DNA of 64,000 nt. It comes from Macrostomum hystrix. Taxonomy: Eukaryota > Animalia > Platyhelminthes. The DNA lies in NCBI GenBank assembly GCA_950097015.1, contig CATNEN010000001.1:16988001-17052000 (forward strand), read 5' to 3'. Shown here piece after piece: positions 63,131 to 64,000 of this stretch. A program made the translations under genes and the position numbers. The stretch's first letter is position 1; every line of letters starts with the position of its first letter. Below the pieces are notes generated by a model that made no database searches, was not told where the DNA came from, and was given only the letters and a program-made list of their open reading frames with translations.

Positions 63131-63892
63131 CGGTCATTGTTCTTTCAAAGAGACATTATGGTCATGCCTTTTTAGGTATTGGTAACTTAATTTTGTTTTA
63201 TTTAAATGGGAAGTTTTTAAATACTTAAGATTTACTTGCATTTAAAGTACAAATGTGAAGGAAATGATACAAAAAGTTTGATCCTACCATTAATATTCCA
63301 GGAAATTTTGCCAGCTAAAGCTTAATCTAGCAAACATTTTTCTTAAAACGGTAAAACTAATCACTTTGACCCCCTATATATCTTTAATGTCGTAAACTTT
63401 TTTTCTAGATGTTGTTAAAACCAAATAGTGCATGATTTTCATATCATTTTGTCTCATTATTAATTTTCGTGTTGTGTCTACCTGTTTTGGATGTATGACA
63501 AAAGTTTTAGCAGATAAGAGACAAAGATGTCAATCAAAGCTTGCTACACACATTGGCTTGCATGTTGTCGTAGCTTTGTACGTACTCATGTTGTAGTCCA
63601 AGTTTTATTCTAGCACAGAACCTTGAGTATGTAATTGCAATGCTACATGAGTTTTTTATTTTTTTTGCACCGAGACTCTGCAATGTTTTGTGACATTGGG
63701 TGCCTGTGTCTGTTTGTCTGTCTGCCTGCCAGCAAACGTTCTTTAATTGACCGTGACCTGTGTCACTATCACAGAGTAAGAGAATATATTACCTCTTTCC
63801 TTTTATAGATCCTCACGCTCGTATTAGGGGATTTCTGTCCTCAATAATTGATGCGTTGTTTGTTTTAGTGAATCCCCGTTCTAAATCCTAGA

Positions 63893-64000
63893 TAGACATT
63901 CTCACACTCACCTTCACACATTCCCACAACACATTCTCGTATCACACTAACAGACATTCACACTAATATACATTCACACTAACAGACATTCACACTAACA
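63893..64000. repeat. Start of a 16-bp repeat (CAGACATTCACACTAA), truncated by the window edge
   Basis: 3-4 copies visible. Confidence 0.7.

Noticed and set aside
63809-63860. Candidate next exon of the last gene after TTTTATAG
   Set aside because: No convincing donor or recognisable protein sequence; unresolved within the window

Overview
Eukaryotic (metazoan) genomic DNA with spliceosomal introns and a very high minisatellite load. The gene set, the GC-rich exons in AT-rich surroundings and the fine-scale repeats suggest a free-living flatworm such as Macrostomum (inference only). Genes reconstructed by hand from splice signals: a TGN38/TGOLN2/KCT2-like type I membrane protein (-), a broken PAN/Thr-rich paralogue (+), a 4-unit polyubiquitin (-), a secreted PAN + Thr-rich + ALK/LTK-type glycine-rich-domain protein with no TM or kinase (+), a frameshifted ubiquitin-like pseudogene (-), a Crypton/DUF3504 tyrosine-recombinase relic, tRNA-Arg(TCG), an intronless FMRFamide-receptor-like GPCR (-), an 8-exon voltage-gated Ca channel beta subunit (-), an SLC35A UDP-sugar transporter (+), an effector-type caspase (+) and the first coding exon of a probable TBC1D30-like gene (+). 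About 30 distinct tandem arrays, two tRNA-derived SINE-like families and other interspersed repeats fill the introns and a ~20 kb stretch with no recognisable exon (19.1-39.7 kb). Most notable: the kinase-less secreted ALK-type glycine-rich protein and its dead paralogue on either side of a heat-shock-type polyubiquitin; an orphan triple-HSE/TATA promoter leading into a possible Hsp70-tail relic; a caspase whose QACRG motif is split by a GC-AG intron, with Lys replacing an S1-pocket Arg and a STAT/GAS-motif array upstream; and intronic arrays complementary to 5' splice sites. Most long ORFs in the supplied track are translations of satellites.
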